From an uncultured virus (IMG/VR IMGVR_UViG_3300023174_000108) (lineage: Duplodnaviria; Heunggongvirae; Uroviricota; Caudoviricetes): a stretch of DNA of 64,000 bases. Of the stretch, positions 27,580-37,061 are shown one piece after another. A model generated the notes under the pieces. It saw nothing but the letters and a program-made list of their open reading frames with translations. It was not told the DNA's origin and did no database searches. Position 1 is the stretch's first letter. Each line of letters opens with the position of its first letter. The stretch lies in IMG/VR virus record IMGVR_UViG_3300023174_000108. One strand, 5' to 3'. A program made the position numbers and the translations under genes.

Positions 27580-28409
27580 TTATCCATCCATTCCATAGAA
27601 CGCTTGGCCTTCTCTTTAATAAGCTCAATCTCTTCGGGCGTAACCTTAGAACGCTGAACCTCAGTAAGCAAGTTGTGATACTGAACGATAAACCGTTTCC
27701 ACACCATCTCAGGGTCTACGAGTTTAGTGTCGTGTTTAATCTGGCTAAAGAACAACTTCATCATCTCTAACTCAATAGCGCCATCGGTGTTGAACTCTTT
27801 GCGCTTAGAGTCAAGAGCATACCTAAAACGACTGCGTGTGACCTGCCACGGCTTGATATGCCACAGGTCGTGCATCTGCTCTGCAAACTCAAACGTCGAG
27901 TCTGTAGGCGACCATGAAGCGGCATTAGCCTGACTACGTTTAACCATCTTTTTCTGACGGCGGTCTTCATGAGCCTCAAGCTTCTCGGCATGTTGCTTTT
28001 CACGGAACTTACGCTGAGCCTCTAGACGCTCATCTTCATCATAATAATATTCACTCACGTGTGTCTCCCGCGAACCCTGTTCGCTATTCGGTTTGCTTAT
28101 ATATGAATAAGCTATATTGGGTATATAGCTATTCTGCTCAGGTTGCTGTATGTATGTACCACTGTATGTCCCAACAGTATGTCCCAGCAATTCGTTACCC
28201 AGGTCCGTGATATTGATGCTCTTAATAGGTCTACCATTTGCGAACTTTACGGTACTTGTCTCAATTGCCCCAATATTACGTAGGTAGGTTATGGCAGCCT
28301 GAACCTTATTTCGGGCAACCCCCAACTCTGTATAAAGGTGCCTAGCGCCCCGATTACGGGTCCGTTTGGCCATTTCCTGTAACACCTCTAGGGGCAAGCC
28401 TGTAATCAC
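27573..28409 (-). CDS. putative replication initiator (N-terminal HTH)
   Basis: HTH-like GARHLYTELGVARNKVQAAITYLR; directly upstream of DnaC-like loader; internal repeats. Confidence 0.55.
   Translation of the reverse strand: MITGLPLEVLQEMAKRTRNRGARHLYTELGVARNKVQAAITYLRNIGAIETSTVKFANGRPIKSINITDLGNELLGHTVGTYSGTYIQQPEQNSYIPNIAYSYISKPNSEQGSRETHVSEYYYDEDERLEAQRKFREKQHAEKLEAHEDRRQKKMVKRSQANAASWSPTDSTFEFAEQMHDLWHIKPWQVTRSRFRYALDSKRKEFNTDGAIELEMMKLFFSQIKHDTKLVDPEMVWKRFIVQYHNLLTEVQRSKVTPEEIELIKEKAKRSMEWMDNV
28152..28186. repeat. three 10-bp direct repeats GTATGT(A/C)CCA (candidate iterons)
   Basis: Copies at 28152, 28164 and 28177, next to an AT-rich stretch at about 28095-28135. Confidence 0.55.
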
Positions 28410-29080
28410 GCCTGAGGGCCCTTTAAAGGCTTCTCAGGGGTATTCCCCATGGCTTCTACGAGGGCTTGCGCGAAGATTTGGGCGACGGCTTGGATTCCGT
28501 AATAGAGATTCTCCAAGACTTCTTCGTCAAGGGTTTCTTCTTCGTCTTCGTCTTCGAAGTCTTCTTCCTCACCCTCTTCATCTTCGCCATCTTCAACTAC
28601 CTCCGCCTTTGGTTTGACCTGCTCCTGTTCTGGGATTATCGGCTTAGCAACCTTCTTACCATCAGATGGTTGAAGCTTCATTAGTCCCTCAGTTAAGTCA
28701 AAGCAAGGGATACCCTCAGCAGACATTGCATTAAGTATGTCTAGGGTTTCTGCGTCTTCGTCAGACCACAGGATGAAAGCGACGGCGTTTTCTTTAGCAA
28801 AAGCTTTTGCGGCATCTTCTATTGAGCCGTCAATAACTGAAGCTGCTGGCATTCCGTCAAACTTGCCAGACTCAGAGTAAACGATTAGTTCTTTGTTTTT
28901 ATCTTTTGCAAGTTGAGTTGCAAAGATTTGACCTTGACTAGCTTTTTCTTTATAAGGAATGACAACAATTACTTCATCGCCGTTTTTCCCGTGAGCATAG
29001 AAATGGTCTTCAATAAGAGCCTCTAGGTTAGCTCTGCTTGTTACGCCGTTGCCAGCGACTATCACATAGTTCTTGTCCAT
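28406..29080 (-). CDS. hypothetical alpha/beta protein with long acidic tract
   Basis: Start ATG 29080 after AAGGAGG; EDGEDEEGEEEDFEDEDEEE. Confidence 0.7.
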   Translation of the reverse strand: MDKNYVIVAGNGVTSRANLEALIEDHFYAHGKNGDEVIVVIPYKEKASQGQIFATQLAKDKNKELIVYSESGKFDGMPAASVIDGSIEDAAKAFAKENAVAFILWSDEDAETLDILNAMSAEGIPCFDLTEGLMKLQPSDGKKVAKPIIPEQEQVKPKAEVVEDGEDEEGEEEDFEDEDEEETLDEEVLENLYYGIQAVAQIFAQALVEAMGNTPEKPLKGPQA

Positions 29081-29120
29081 TGGACCTCCTTGTAGGGGAG
29101 GCACACACTATCACGGACTT

Positions 29121-31730
29121 TTAAGTTTTTGGCTGACCTACGTAAATAGCTACAGTTGAGCCTAAAGGCAATTTATCGACAAACGTAGAGTCTCCAGTTC
29201 GAGCAGCTACCGCATAACGATTTTTATAGTAATGGCTTCGTGATGCATTAGGGGCATTGTTTTCCCAAATATAGTTAGGAGTATCTCCGTAACCACTAGC
29301 GCCATCAAAAAAAGTAAATACTTCTGCGGACTCTTCAAATAGGGCCGAGTCAAGCCATATTGTATGACCATTAGTAGCAGCCCAGTTAACCCCAACAACT
29401 GCGTACGCGGCATTAGAAGGGGCAACTGCGGTTACATGTGGCCTATCCCATGACCCTTCAAACTTAGTAACGTTAGTAGTATCACCAGTTGATGTGCTGA
29501 TTAAATTACTAGCTGCGTTATACCAACTTATGTATGGAGTAATCGCTTCAAACGTAGGGGCTGTTGCATATTCATCTTTATTTACATAAATACTAAATGT
29601 ATAGCTTGTTCCTGGGTAATAAATAGGCATTAACTGGGAGCCGTTAGAACCATCCCAAGATTTAACGTTTACTACTCCGTTTGCAGAAGCTACTAATTTA
29701 AGGGCGTTACCTGAGTTCCAAATTTCCCCATCTGTGTCTGCAACTCTTGTAATATCTGGATTAGATACGGCAAATTCAATATAAGGATAGTTAACTACAG
29801 TGTTACCGCTTAATACAGTTTCACCAACAGCAGTTATGGTTTTAACTCCGTCAAAAGGAGCACCCATGTTATATATAGAAACTACGTTACCAACTTTAAA
29901 CCAATGTGTATATAAAGTTTCAACTCTAGCAGTATTAGATACGACTCTTTTAAATCTAGTAGCCCAGATAGTGGTGTCTGGTTCAGCTGTAGCTGCATCA
30001 ATAGTTCTAGTTGCTGAGCCAGTAACGGTCCACGGAACAACAATTGGTGAAGCATTAGTGCCGCCAGTTAATGCAAAATGTGGGTTTCTTAATTCATTAA
30101 TTCTAGTTGCTTTAAAAGTAATGTGAAGTTGACGAGCTTCATCAAATGAAGTAACCGCATTTGCAGCTTCAAATTGAGCGCAATCAAAATACTGGTACTC
30201 ATTACTTGCAGAGCCAGCAAGAGCAGCAATAGAAATACCAGGAACAGCGTAGTATGCGGTTGCTGGCGAAGTTCCAGTTACTGTAGGGCGAGCAGAAAAT
30301 ACACCAGTACCGCTAGCTGTAGCTGAGCCAGTAGAGGTACTTATTAAAACGCCAAACCGCGTGTACCATTTAATGTTTAAGGTTACTTGACGGCTAGTAG
30401 TTGAATTAACTGTGTAAACGCTAAACGTGTAAGCTGTGCTTGCCGTGACAGGGACACCTTTAATAATGGGCGCGTCTGAACCACAATCTGCAGCTACCGT
30501 TGCTGGAGAAGCACTTAAGTTTTTAATGGCCATTATTCCAAGCTGTTTATTTGGATAGTCTGCTGGCGCAGTTGTCTCTACCCAAGGAGCTGGGGCTGGT
30601 GCAACCACAGGATACTTACCTGTGGTTTTATTCCAAGCATCAATTGTTGTTAAATTACCAGCTGTTAATGCATACGATATTGTGGTTGCTGTTCTAGCTG
30701 TAATAACTAAACCAGTTACAGAATTAAACAAAGGTTTATCAGAGCCCGAAATAGTTATTCTATTTCCAATTTGATAGTTATGAGCGCCAATAGTTAAGGT
30801 AGCTACATTTGTATTAATAGCAAATGCAGTTATGTTTCTTTTATTTAGGCAAGCCAAGGTTCCAGTAGAGCTTGTCCAATGACCTATTGATTCTTCAAAT
30901 GAAGAGTCATTGTAATCAAGCATTTTATTATGACTTACTACAATTCCATTTATGGTTGGGTTAGGTACGTCAGCTACTGTAGGGACAGCCCATCCAGTAA
31001 ATCCTTTTAAAAACTCTCTTAAACCGTCGTAGCTTCCTTTACCTTTGTAGATAGCTCCAGCGTCTCTTGCTAAAATACGAGATTGTTGATATCCAATTTC
31101 TGGCTCATAAGGAATACCAAATTGTTGCAAAATAGATGGAAGAAGCTTACCTCCAATTGTAGAGGTATTATAACGGTTTACTAACAGGTTAGTTAAAGTG
31201 TGGTATTCGCTTAATTGAAACCCAAACAGATTTAAAAAAGAACTTAAAGTTGCGTTTTCTACTGTGTCTGTAACACTAACTGTCGCGTTAACACTTGGTA
31301 GTTTATATACGTTTGGTAGGTATTCAGATAATTTGTCTTTGTACCCGTAGTCTTTTACAGACAAGCCAATAATGTCTCCAACACGTAACCACTTATAGTT
31401 AACTCGTTCAAATACAAATAGAGAGTAATAGTAAAACTCATTTTGAGCTAATTTTTCATCTAGATACATAACAGGGTCTGTTTCTTTGTATGCTTCGTAC
31501 AACCCATTCTTTTTAATATCTAATTGAGTACCGTCTGTTTCATCTACAGGAAATCCATATGAGTTACGAACTAATTTAATCTTAGACCAGTTACCCGAAG
31601 GGCTATCCCATGTAATTTTAATAGTTCCGTAGGTAATAGCTTTAGCTTTTAAATTACTTACGGCATAACTAACAGGGCTTTCAGCACCATAAGTTGAAAG
31701 CCCGTAATAGCTAATTCCATACCGTGCCAT
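29121..31730 (-). CDS. baseplate wedge protein (P2 gpI / T4 gp7-like) with FN3- and carbohydrate-binding-like domains
   Basis: YLPNVY...L..FL...LLP......G....KGS..GL wedge motif; follows baseplate J. Confidence 0.7.
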   Translation of the reverse strand: MARYGISYYGLSTYGAESPVSYAVSNLKAKAITYGTIKITWDSPSGNWSKIKLVRNSYGFPVDETDGTQLDIKKNGLYEAYKETDPVMYLDEKLAQNEFYYYSLFVFERVNYKWLRVGDIIGLSVKDYGYKDKLSEYLPNVYKLPSVNATVSVTDTVENATLSSFLNLFGFQLSEYHTLTNLLVNRYNTSTIGGKLLPSILQQFGIPYEPEIGYQQSRILARDAGAIYKGKGSYDGLREFLKGFTGWAVPTVADVPNPTINGIVVSHNKMLDYNDSSFEESIGHWTSSTGTLACLNKRNITAFAINTNVATLTIGAHNYQIGNRITISGSDKPLFNSVTGLVITARTATTISYALTAGNLTTIDAWNKTTGKYPVVAPAPAPWVETTAPADYPNKQLGIMAIKNLSASPATVAADCGSDAPIIKGVPVTASTAYTFSVYTVNSTTSRQVTLNIKWYTRFGVLISTSTGSATASGTGVFSARPTVTGTSPATAYYAVPGISIAALAGSASNEYQYFDCAQFEAANAVTSFDEARQLHITFKATRINELRNPHFALTGGTNASPIVVPWTVTGSATRTIDAATAEPDTTIWATRFKRVVSNTARVETLYTHWFKVGNVVSIYNMGAPFDGVKTITAVGETVLSGNTVVNYPYIEFAVSNPDITRVADTDGEIWNSGNALKLVASANGVVNVKSWDGSNGSQLMPIYYPGTSYTFSIYVNKDEYATAPTFEAITPYISWYNAASNLISTSTGDTTNVTKFEGSWDRPHVTAVAPSNAAYAVVGVNWAATNGHTIWLDSALFEESAEVFTFFDGASGYGDTPNYIWENNAPNASRSHYYKNRYAVAARTGDSTFVDKLPLGSTVAIYVGQPKT

Positions 31731-33424
31731 TAGTTAGTAATACCCCCAGTAAAGGACAAAGTTAAATTAGCATTGCTTAGCTTAGGGATTTCATTAGCTG
31801 CGCACACAACATCAGCGACAATAAGCTCTGTAAGACTTCCTGTAGCTGTAGGGGTTGATGCCACAACCGCAGAAATCAATGAGTATGAAATAGTTGTTGC
31901 TCCAACAGCTGTAACAACAAAAGTACCATTAAAAGTAGTATCTACATTACTAATAGATACTGTGTCACCAACAGCTACGCTATGAGTACCAATTGTTAAA
32001 GTGGCTACCGTTCCTGAAGCCGCTTTATTAGTAATCACATAAGTAAGGTCATTTGTTTTTCTTACAAGTTTTTCAACTTGAGCATAAGCAACTCCCTCTA
32101 CAGAGTTGATTGCGCCTAGAACATCATTTAACCTGATTGTGTCAGCAAAAGTTACGTTATCAAAGGCAAGAAGCTCAGTAAGAATAGAATTTACAGCTGT
32201 ATTTACTAGCGTTTGTCGATATTGAGGGAGTACTGTTACCACAGCTTGGATACTAAGCTCAACATAGCTAGGTGGTTGAAAAGTAACAGTTGTATTTGCT
32301 GGAACTTTTCCAACTAAGTACTCATTAATAAATGTTTTGTATGTATTAAACACGGTTGAGGGGGTAACTCCATCATTAGTAACCCCTAGGTCACCCGCAG
32401 AAGGTGCAAAGTACACTGTTACGCTTGTATATACGTCTGCAACAGCATTAGCTTTAGCCGCTCCTGCAGCTACGGTTAACGCAGAATAGTCCGCTAGTGA
32501 AACGGCCCTGTTTAAGGCTCTTAAGCTTAAAGGGGCATTTGCACGAATAGAGTCTGTTGATTCCTCATCAGCTCCTCCAGTAGCGGCTAGAATATTATTT
32601 ACTGATAACCCAGTTACCGCATTTGTTAAAATAGTTTTTAAAGAGTTAGCTGCCACATTTCCAGTTAATCCTCCACCAATACGGTAAGTAGCATAAATAA
32701 TGGCGTCAGCATCTGGAACACGGCCGCTAATGTTATCGCCAAACAATACAAACGAGTTTCCTGTTGCATTTGTATAGGTTGCAAACACAGGGTCATAGTT
32801 ATTGTAGTCAATGAGGTAAGGCACTTCAGTAAAGTTAGAGGCGCCAGCAACAATTGAGATAGACCCGTTAATTAACGGGGCTTTTTGTAACTCCCAGACT
32901 TGATTAATTAAACCAGTTGATGTTCCAATGTTTTCAGAGTTTACTGTTGAGCCTTGAGTCGCAGCGACTGTGGCAGAGCCTTTAACGCTACCTACTTGTG
33001 CAGGTACACTTACAGCAGAGTCGGTTTCAAATATAATTTGAGAACCACTTGTTGACGAGCTGGTTGCCACCTGTGTTTTAGCTGGCACTGTAATTACAGA
33101 AGCCGTAGAGTTATAAAAAGTTAAAGTCACAGTTGCTGCAATAGCTTTACTAGGGCTGTAACCTAGTAAACGTGCAATTTGTAAAACACTATCTCTTTGG
33201 CTTGCTGTAGAGATAAACGCCTCATTAGCTGAACGGTCAATATAGTAGTTCAGTACGTCACCCATGTATGAAAATAGCTCAATTAAAGTGATTCCAAAGT
33301 CGGCGCTATCTCGGTTTGTCCATGCAGGTAAATAGCTTGGGATAAGAGAAACCATATCCTCTTTAATAGAGGCGTAGTCCTTAGACGTATAGTCCACTTG
33401 CGGGACGTAGTTAATATCAGCCAT
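31730..33424 (-). CDS. baseplate J / T4 gp6-like wedge protein
   Basis: DYTSKDY, DFGITLIELFSY, FGDN..GR.P, GGADEES, RAVS..DY. Confidence 0.9.
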   Translation of the reverse strand: MADINYVPQVDYTSKDYASIKEDMVSLIPSYLPAWTNRDSADFGITLIELFSYMGDVLNYYIDRSANEAFISTASQRDSVLQIARLLGYSPSKAIAATVTLTFYNSTASVITVPAKTQVATSSSTSGSQIIFETDSAVSVPAQVGSVKGSATVAATQGSTVNSENIGTSTGLINQVWELQKAPLINGSISIVAGASNFTEVPYLIDYNNYDPVFATYTNATGNSFVLFGDNISGRVPDADAIIYATYRIGGGLTGNVAANSLKTILTNAVTGLSVNNILAATGGADEESTDSIRANAPLSLRALNRAVSLADYSALTVAAGAAKANAVADVYTSVTVYFAPSAGDLGVTNDGVTPSTVFNTYKTFINEYLVGKVPANTTVTFQPPSYVELSIQAVVTVLPQYRQTLVNTAVNSILTELLAFDNVTFADTIRLNDVLGAINSVEGVAYAQVEKLVRKTNDLTYVITNKAASGTVATLTIGTHSVAVGDTVSISNVDTTFNGTFVVTAVGATTISYSLISAVVASTPTATGSLTELIVADVVCAANEIPKLSNANLTLSFTGGITN

Positions 33425-33824
33425 TTGGAACCTCCAGGATTATGTCGCCAGACCTACTTAGGATAGCAGTTTTTATCGTTACACTCTGCTCTTGAGAGCT
33501 TTCTTTTAAGTTATAGAATATTTCAACCATTAAAGAGTTGTCGTCGCTTACATACCCAGTTACATCTATTAAAGTTAATGGGGTTAACCAGCGAGAAAAT
33601 GTAATTTGCACAGACTGTTTAATCAAAGTAATAGCGTCATTTGGGTTTTCAAATAAAGAAGACGACACAGTGCCACCAAAATCAGGCCGCATTACACGTT
33701 CAGTAAGCGATGTCATGACAGCTAAAAGAACCCTGTCTTGCCAAATTTTCTCTAATCTTTCTGAGTACCCGATGCCGCCAGAGGCGTCAATTGAAAAGGG
33801 CATTGATATAGCTCGCTCTGTCAT
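33417..33824 (-). CDS. gp25/GpW-like baseplate protein
   Basis: AISMPFSID...T...ERVMRPDFG....LFE. Confidence 0.88.
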   Translation of the reverse strand: MTERAISMPFSIDASGGIGYSERLEKIWQDRVLLAVMTSLTERVMRPDFGGTVSSSLFENPNDAITLIKQSVQITFSRWLTPLTLIDVTGYVSDDNSLMVEIFYNLKESSQEQSVTIKTAILSRSGDIILEVPNG

Positions 33825-33826
33825 TT

Positions 33827-34351
33827 TTATACTCCCATCCATACTGGAAAGTTAGGGTCTCCAGCGACGAACATAACCCAAACTTGCTGACCAACATTTG
33901 GAACCTCTCGATGATATGTGTGTTCTGCGGCAGTTAGTCCGTCCTCAGACCCATCTTTGTCTAAAGGGTCAGTAGTTGGCTCGTGTTCATGGTCAAGATT
34001 AAACGTTGAATCTGGAGTTTTACCTGTGTGGTTATTTGTATGGGCTAAAGCCAAAGTAATTGTGTGTGAGTGCGAACCTCCCCCAACAACTCCTGGAACT
34101 GTGTTAGCTATAGTGGTCACAGTATCTGTGTGATTAGCGTGAGCTTGTAGTAAAGCCGCCACCTCAGATGCTAAATGTTTTTTATGGTCTGGGTGATTAG
34201 CGTTACTTGTTACAGGGGTGCATGGCAAAGCCCAGTTAGTAATTTGTATACCTAAAACTTGAGGAACTTGAAGTGTAATTCTATTGAGCTTATCTGGGTC
34301 ATCGTTATCTATACATACGCCTTTGTATAGTCCATAGAATCTAGCGTCCAT
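33827..34351 (-). CDS. central spike gp5/gpV N-terminal OB-fold protein with His-rich insertion
   Basis: YGLYKGV..NDDP...RI...VP...WA.PC and P.VG..VWV.F..GDP..PVW.G. Confidence 0.82.
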   Translation of the reverse strand: MDARFYGLYKGVCIDNDDPDKLNRITLQVPQVLGIQITNWALPCTPVTSNANHPDHKKHLASEVAALLQAHANHTDTVTTIANTVPGVVGGGSHSHTITLALAHTNNHTGKTPDSTFNLDHEHEPTTDPLDKDGSEDGLTAAEHTYHREVPNVGQQVWVMFVAGDPNFPVWMGV

Positions 34352-35697
34352 TATTTACCCACCCTTTTTTGTGCTAAACGGGTGCTAATTATAGGAGACT
34401 TTTTAGCAACTGGTATAATAGTGTTTAGAGAAGACGTTTTACTTTTCCAAACTACTGGGGTGTTTGCTCTAGAAGTAGTGCTAGCCTGCTTAGCTCTATT
34501 TTCAATAGTTCCAAAGCTACTTTTTGAAGCTTGGTTTGTAACACGCTTAGGGCTAGCCAAGGCTGTAACAGGGCGTACTTTAGTTTGTTTTACATTTGGA
34601 AGTATAGTTCTTTGTGGTTTTGATGCAGGAATAGCAACAGTTTGGCTGTCTGTCCAGGTTCCAGAAGCGCCTAAAGAATCTGCTCCAACTTTAAGAGTAG
34701 TTGTGTATACAAAAAGGTTTCTTTCTATTTCAATAATGTTGTGCTCAGTTTCTAAAATAATCCAATACCCAGAATAAGGTTGACCTACACCGTTTAAATA
34801 TACAGCCATGTCTGGTCTAAGATTAGGATTGCCTAGAACTTCAGCTTCAGCCCTGTATGGAAAATAATTTCTATTTTCAGCTGCCTCAGCCTCAAACTTT
34901 GCAACTGTTTGGTCTAAAGCTACGACTGAAGTTTCAAATTTATCAAAAAACTCAAATTGTTGTTTGGCTCTTGTTTTTTTGTTTCTAACTTGTTGGGTTA
35001 CAGTTAACGGTACGCTAGCTAACACATCTACGCCCGTGACCGCTACGGCAGCTTTTGTACCCTCGTCATAAGTCATTGATTCACTAATTACAGGCTTAAA
35101 TGAATATAAATTAGAACCGTCTGGGTGCGCCATTGAACGCATGGTAAACACTGGGGCTTCTGAACGATATTTTGTATACTCTTCCATAATAGGTTGAAAG
35201 TAAAGTTCTGTGTTTTGCGCTCTCAAAGTATACCCGCATTGTTTAGCTAGTCTCGTCATCAACTGCCAGTCCGACAATCCAGCTTGTGAAATTTGAGGGT
35301 AAATGCGAGCATACGGAACGGCATAGCAAACAAAATTATGAATTGTTGCTATTTTTTTAATTACCTCATCAGCTGTAACATCTTTAAATACCGTCTGTCT
35401 GCTTTGTTTCATAGAAAATGAACCACCAACACAGGTAACAGATGCAAAAAACTTACCAGGGGCTCTATCAACTGACACGTTATGCACATACCCATAAAAT
35501 GTTTTAGACTCTACTTTGTTATTAATTGATACAGTTATAGGCTCACCTGGTTGAATAATATCAAACTCTGTACCCCAGTCTTTAAACTCAATAGTTGCTA
35601 CCTCATGTTGATACCGTTTTTGTGACAGGGTAAAGCTGTATATAGTGGTTGGGCTAAGATTTGTATTTGGAAAAGTAACGCTGACATACTTAAACAT
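34351..35697 (-). CDS. baseplate hub (gpD/gp27/VgrG-like)
   Basis: Q...SDWQLMTRLAKQCGY, GNPNLRP...V.L.G.G..YSGYW. Confidence 0.82.
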   Translation of the reverse strand: MFKYVSVTFPNTNLSPTTIYSFTLSQKRYQHEVATIEFKDWGTEFDIIQPGEPITVSINNKVESKTFYGYVHNVSVDRAPGKFFASVTCVGGSFSMKQSRQTVFKDVTADEVIKKIATIHNFVCYAVPYARIYPQISQAGLSDWQLMTRLAKQCGYTLRAQNTELYFQPIMEEYTKYRSEAPVFTMRSMAHPDGSNLYSFKPVISESMTYDEGTKAAVAVTGVDVLASVPLTVTQQVRNKKTRAKQQFEFFDKFETSVVALDQTVAKFEAEAAENRNYFPYRAEAEVLGNPNLRPDMAVYLNGVGQPYSGYWIILETEHNIIEIERNLFVYTTTLKVGADSLGASGTWTDSQTVAIPASKPQRTILPNVKQTKVRPVTALASPKRVTNQASKSSFGTIENRAKQASTTSRANTPVVWKSKTSSLNTIIPVAKKSPIISTRLAQKRVGK

Positions 35698-35968
35698 TAG
35701 GCACCTTTAAAATAGTACCTGGCTCAATATTATTTAAATCTATAATGGCAGGGTTAAACTCAGCAATTACCCACCAATACTCTGGGTTTTTGTAGTAACG
35801 GTCAGCTAATTGGTCTAAGCGCTCTCCTTGTAAATAAGTGTGTTCCCAGTAATTAACAAACCCTAAATCAGAAAATGTGTAAAACACAATAGGACGTTCT
35901 ATGTAAGTTTTAGTAGCTACATAGTCAATTGTTGAGTACTCATATCTAGAGCCTTTGTAGATAGACAT
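35690..35968 (-). CDS. LysM/gpX/gp53-like baseplate protein
   Basis: GERLDQLADRYY..PEYWWVIAEFNP...PGTILKVP. Confidence 0.85.
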   Translation of the reverse strand: MSIYKGSRYEYSTIDYVATKTYIERPIVFYTFSDLGFVNYWEHTYLQGERLDQLADRYYKNPEYWWVIAEFNPAIIDLNNIEPGTILKVPNV

Positions 35969-35969
35969 T

Positions 35970-37061
35970 TTAACCCCCTAATGCTGTGATTGCGCTGCCA
36001 GCAAAGCATTCCATGTTAATGGACACCGTTGTTCGTAGCGGCACCATATTTTGAGTAAAATCTGAGTGTTGAATACCTATATTGGTTAACCAACCTACAT
36101 AATTTAAACTGTCTAAATCTGGGCCAATTTGCATACCAAGCAAGGTAGGCATTAAAAATCCAATATTTGCAGTTTCTTTTCCAAGTAGGTTTTTCCAAGC
36201 GTATCCGCCATTAATAGCTTTGAATAAGTATTCAAGGTCAGCCATAGTCCCTCTAGCTAATAATTTATCTATTTTTGACTTAAAAGTTTCTTCGGTGTTG
36301 CTTCCAGGAAAATAGCTTTTATAATAATTACTTTGCAATTCTGGATTTTGTAAAGCCTTTAAACAGGCAAAATCATTCACTCTATCCAATTGAATATTAA
36401 AAGAAACAGTTTCTTGTCCAGGGAACGCACCAGCTACAACTTTAAGTGTATCTGCTGGACTAGGGGTAATATCCATATTTCTAGCAACGCTTGTGCTAAT
36501 AGTTGCAGGATTCCATAAAAATTGAAAGCCGTATTGGTTATCTGACTGCGACAATACTCCGCCAGAACCTACTTGAACATCTCCAGCTTTAAGCTTTTCA
36601 GTAGCTATTGTTCCAGCTGTCTTAGCCTGCCCTTTATCATCTAATTGAGTAATGTCTGAGGCGCCTCCCCAAAACCAAATACGACCTCGTCTAAGTCCAT
36701 GAAAAGAGTCACTTGTGCTTTGGTTTCCTACAAAAGTTGGGTCTAATTTTTGAGGTTGCAAAGGCAAGCTCCACTCATGTGGCGGAAGGTTCCATTTGTA
36801 GTTTGTAGGGGTTGGAACGCCTGTTTGCTTTTTAGTTGTAGTTTCTACTGTTTTATTTTGCGCATCTTTAATTTTTTGTTCTGCGGCTAATCTAGCTGCA
36901 TTCTGTGCGTCACTTACTACAGCCTTGTATACAACTGTTCCTACGCTTGACGCATTGATTCCTTGAGATTGAAGCCTAGCTAAAATCCCAGCATTATCAA
37001 TGTCTTCAGGGGGAAGCTTTGATGCAGCAGTTACGCCCCTAAGTGATGTTGTATCAACCAT
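35970..37061 (-). CDS. tail tube initiator-like protein
   Basis: GFQFLWNP.TI...; position between tape measure and LysM gene. Confidence 0.6.
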   Translation of the reverse strand: MVDTTSLRGVTAASKLPPEDIDNAGILARLQSQGINASSVGTVVYKAVVSDAQNAARLAAEQKIKDAQNKTVETTTKKQTGVPTPTNYKWNLPPHEWSLPLQPQKLDPTFVGNQSTSDSFHGLRRGRIWFWGGASDITQLDDKGQAKTAGTIATEKLKAGDVQVGSGGVLSQSDNQYGFQFLWNPATISTSVARNMDITPSPADTLKVVAGAFPGQETVSFNIQLDRVNDFACLKALQNPELQSNYYKSYFPGSNTEETFKSKIDKLLARGTMADLEYLFKAINGGYAWKNLLGKETANIGFLMPTLLGMQIGPDLDSLNYVGWLTNIGIQHSDFTQNMVPLRTTVSINMECFAGSAITALGG

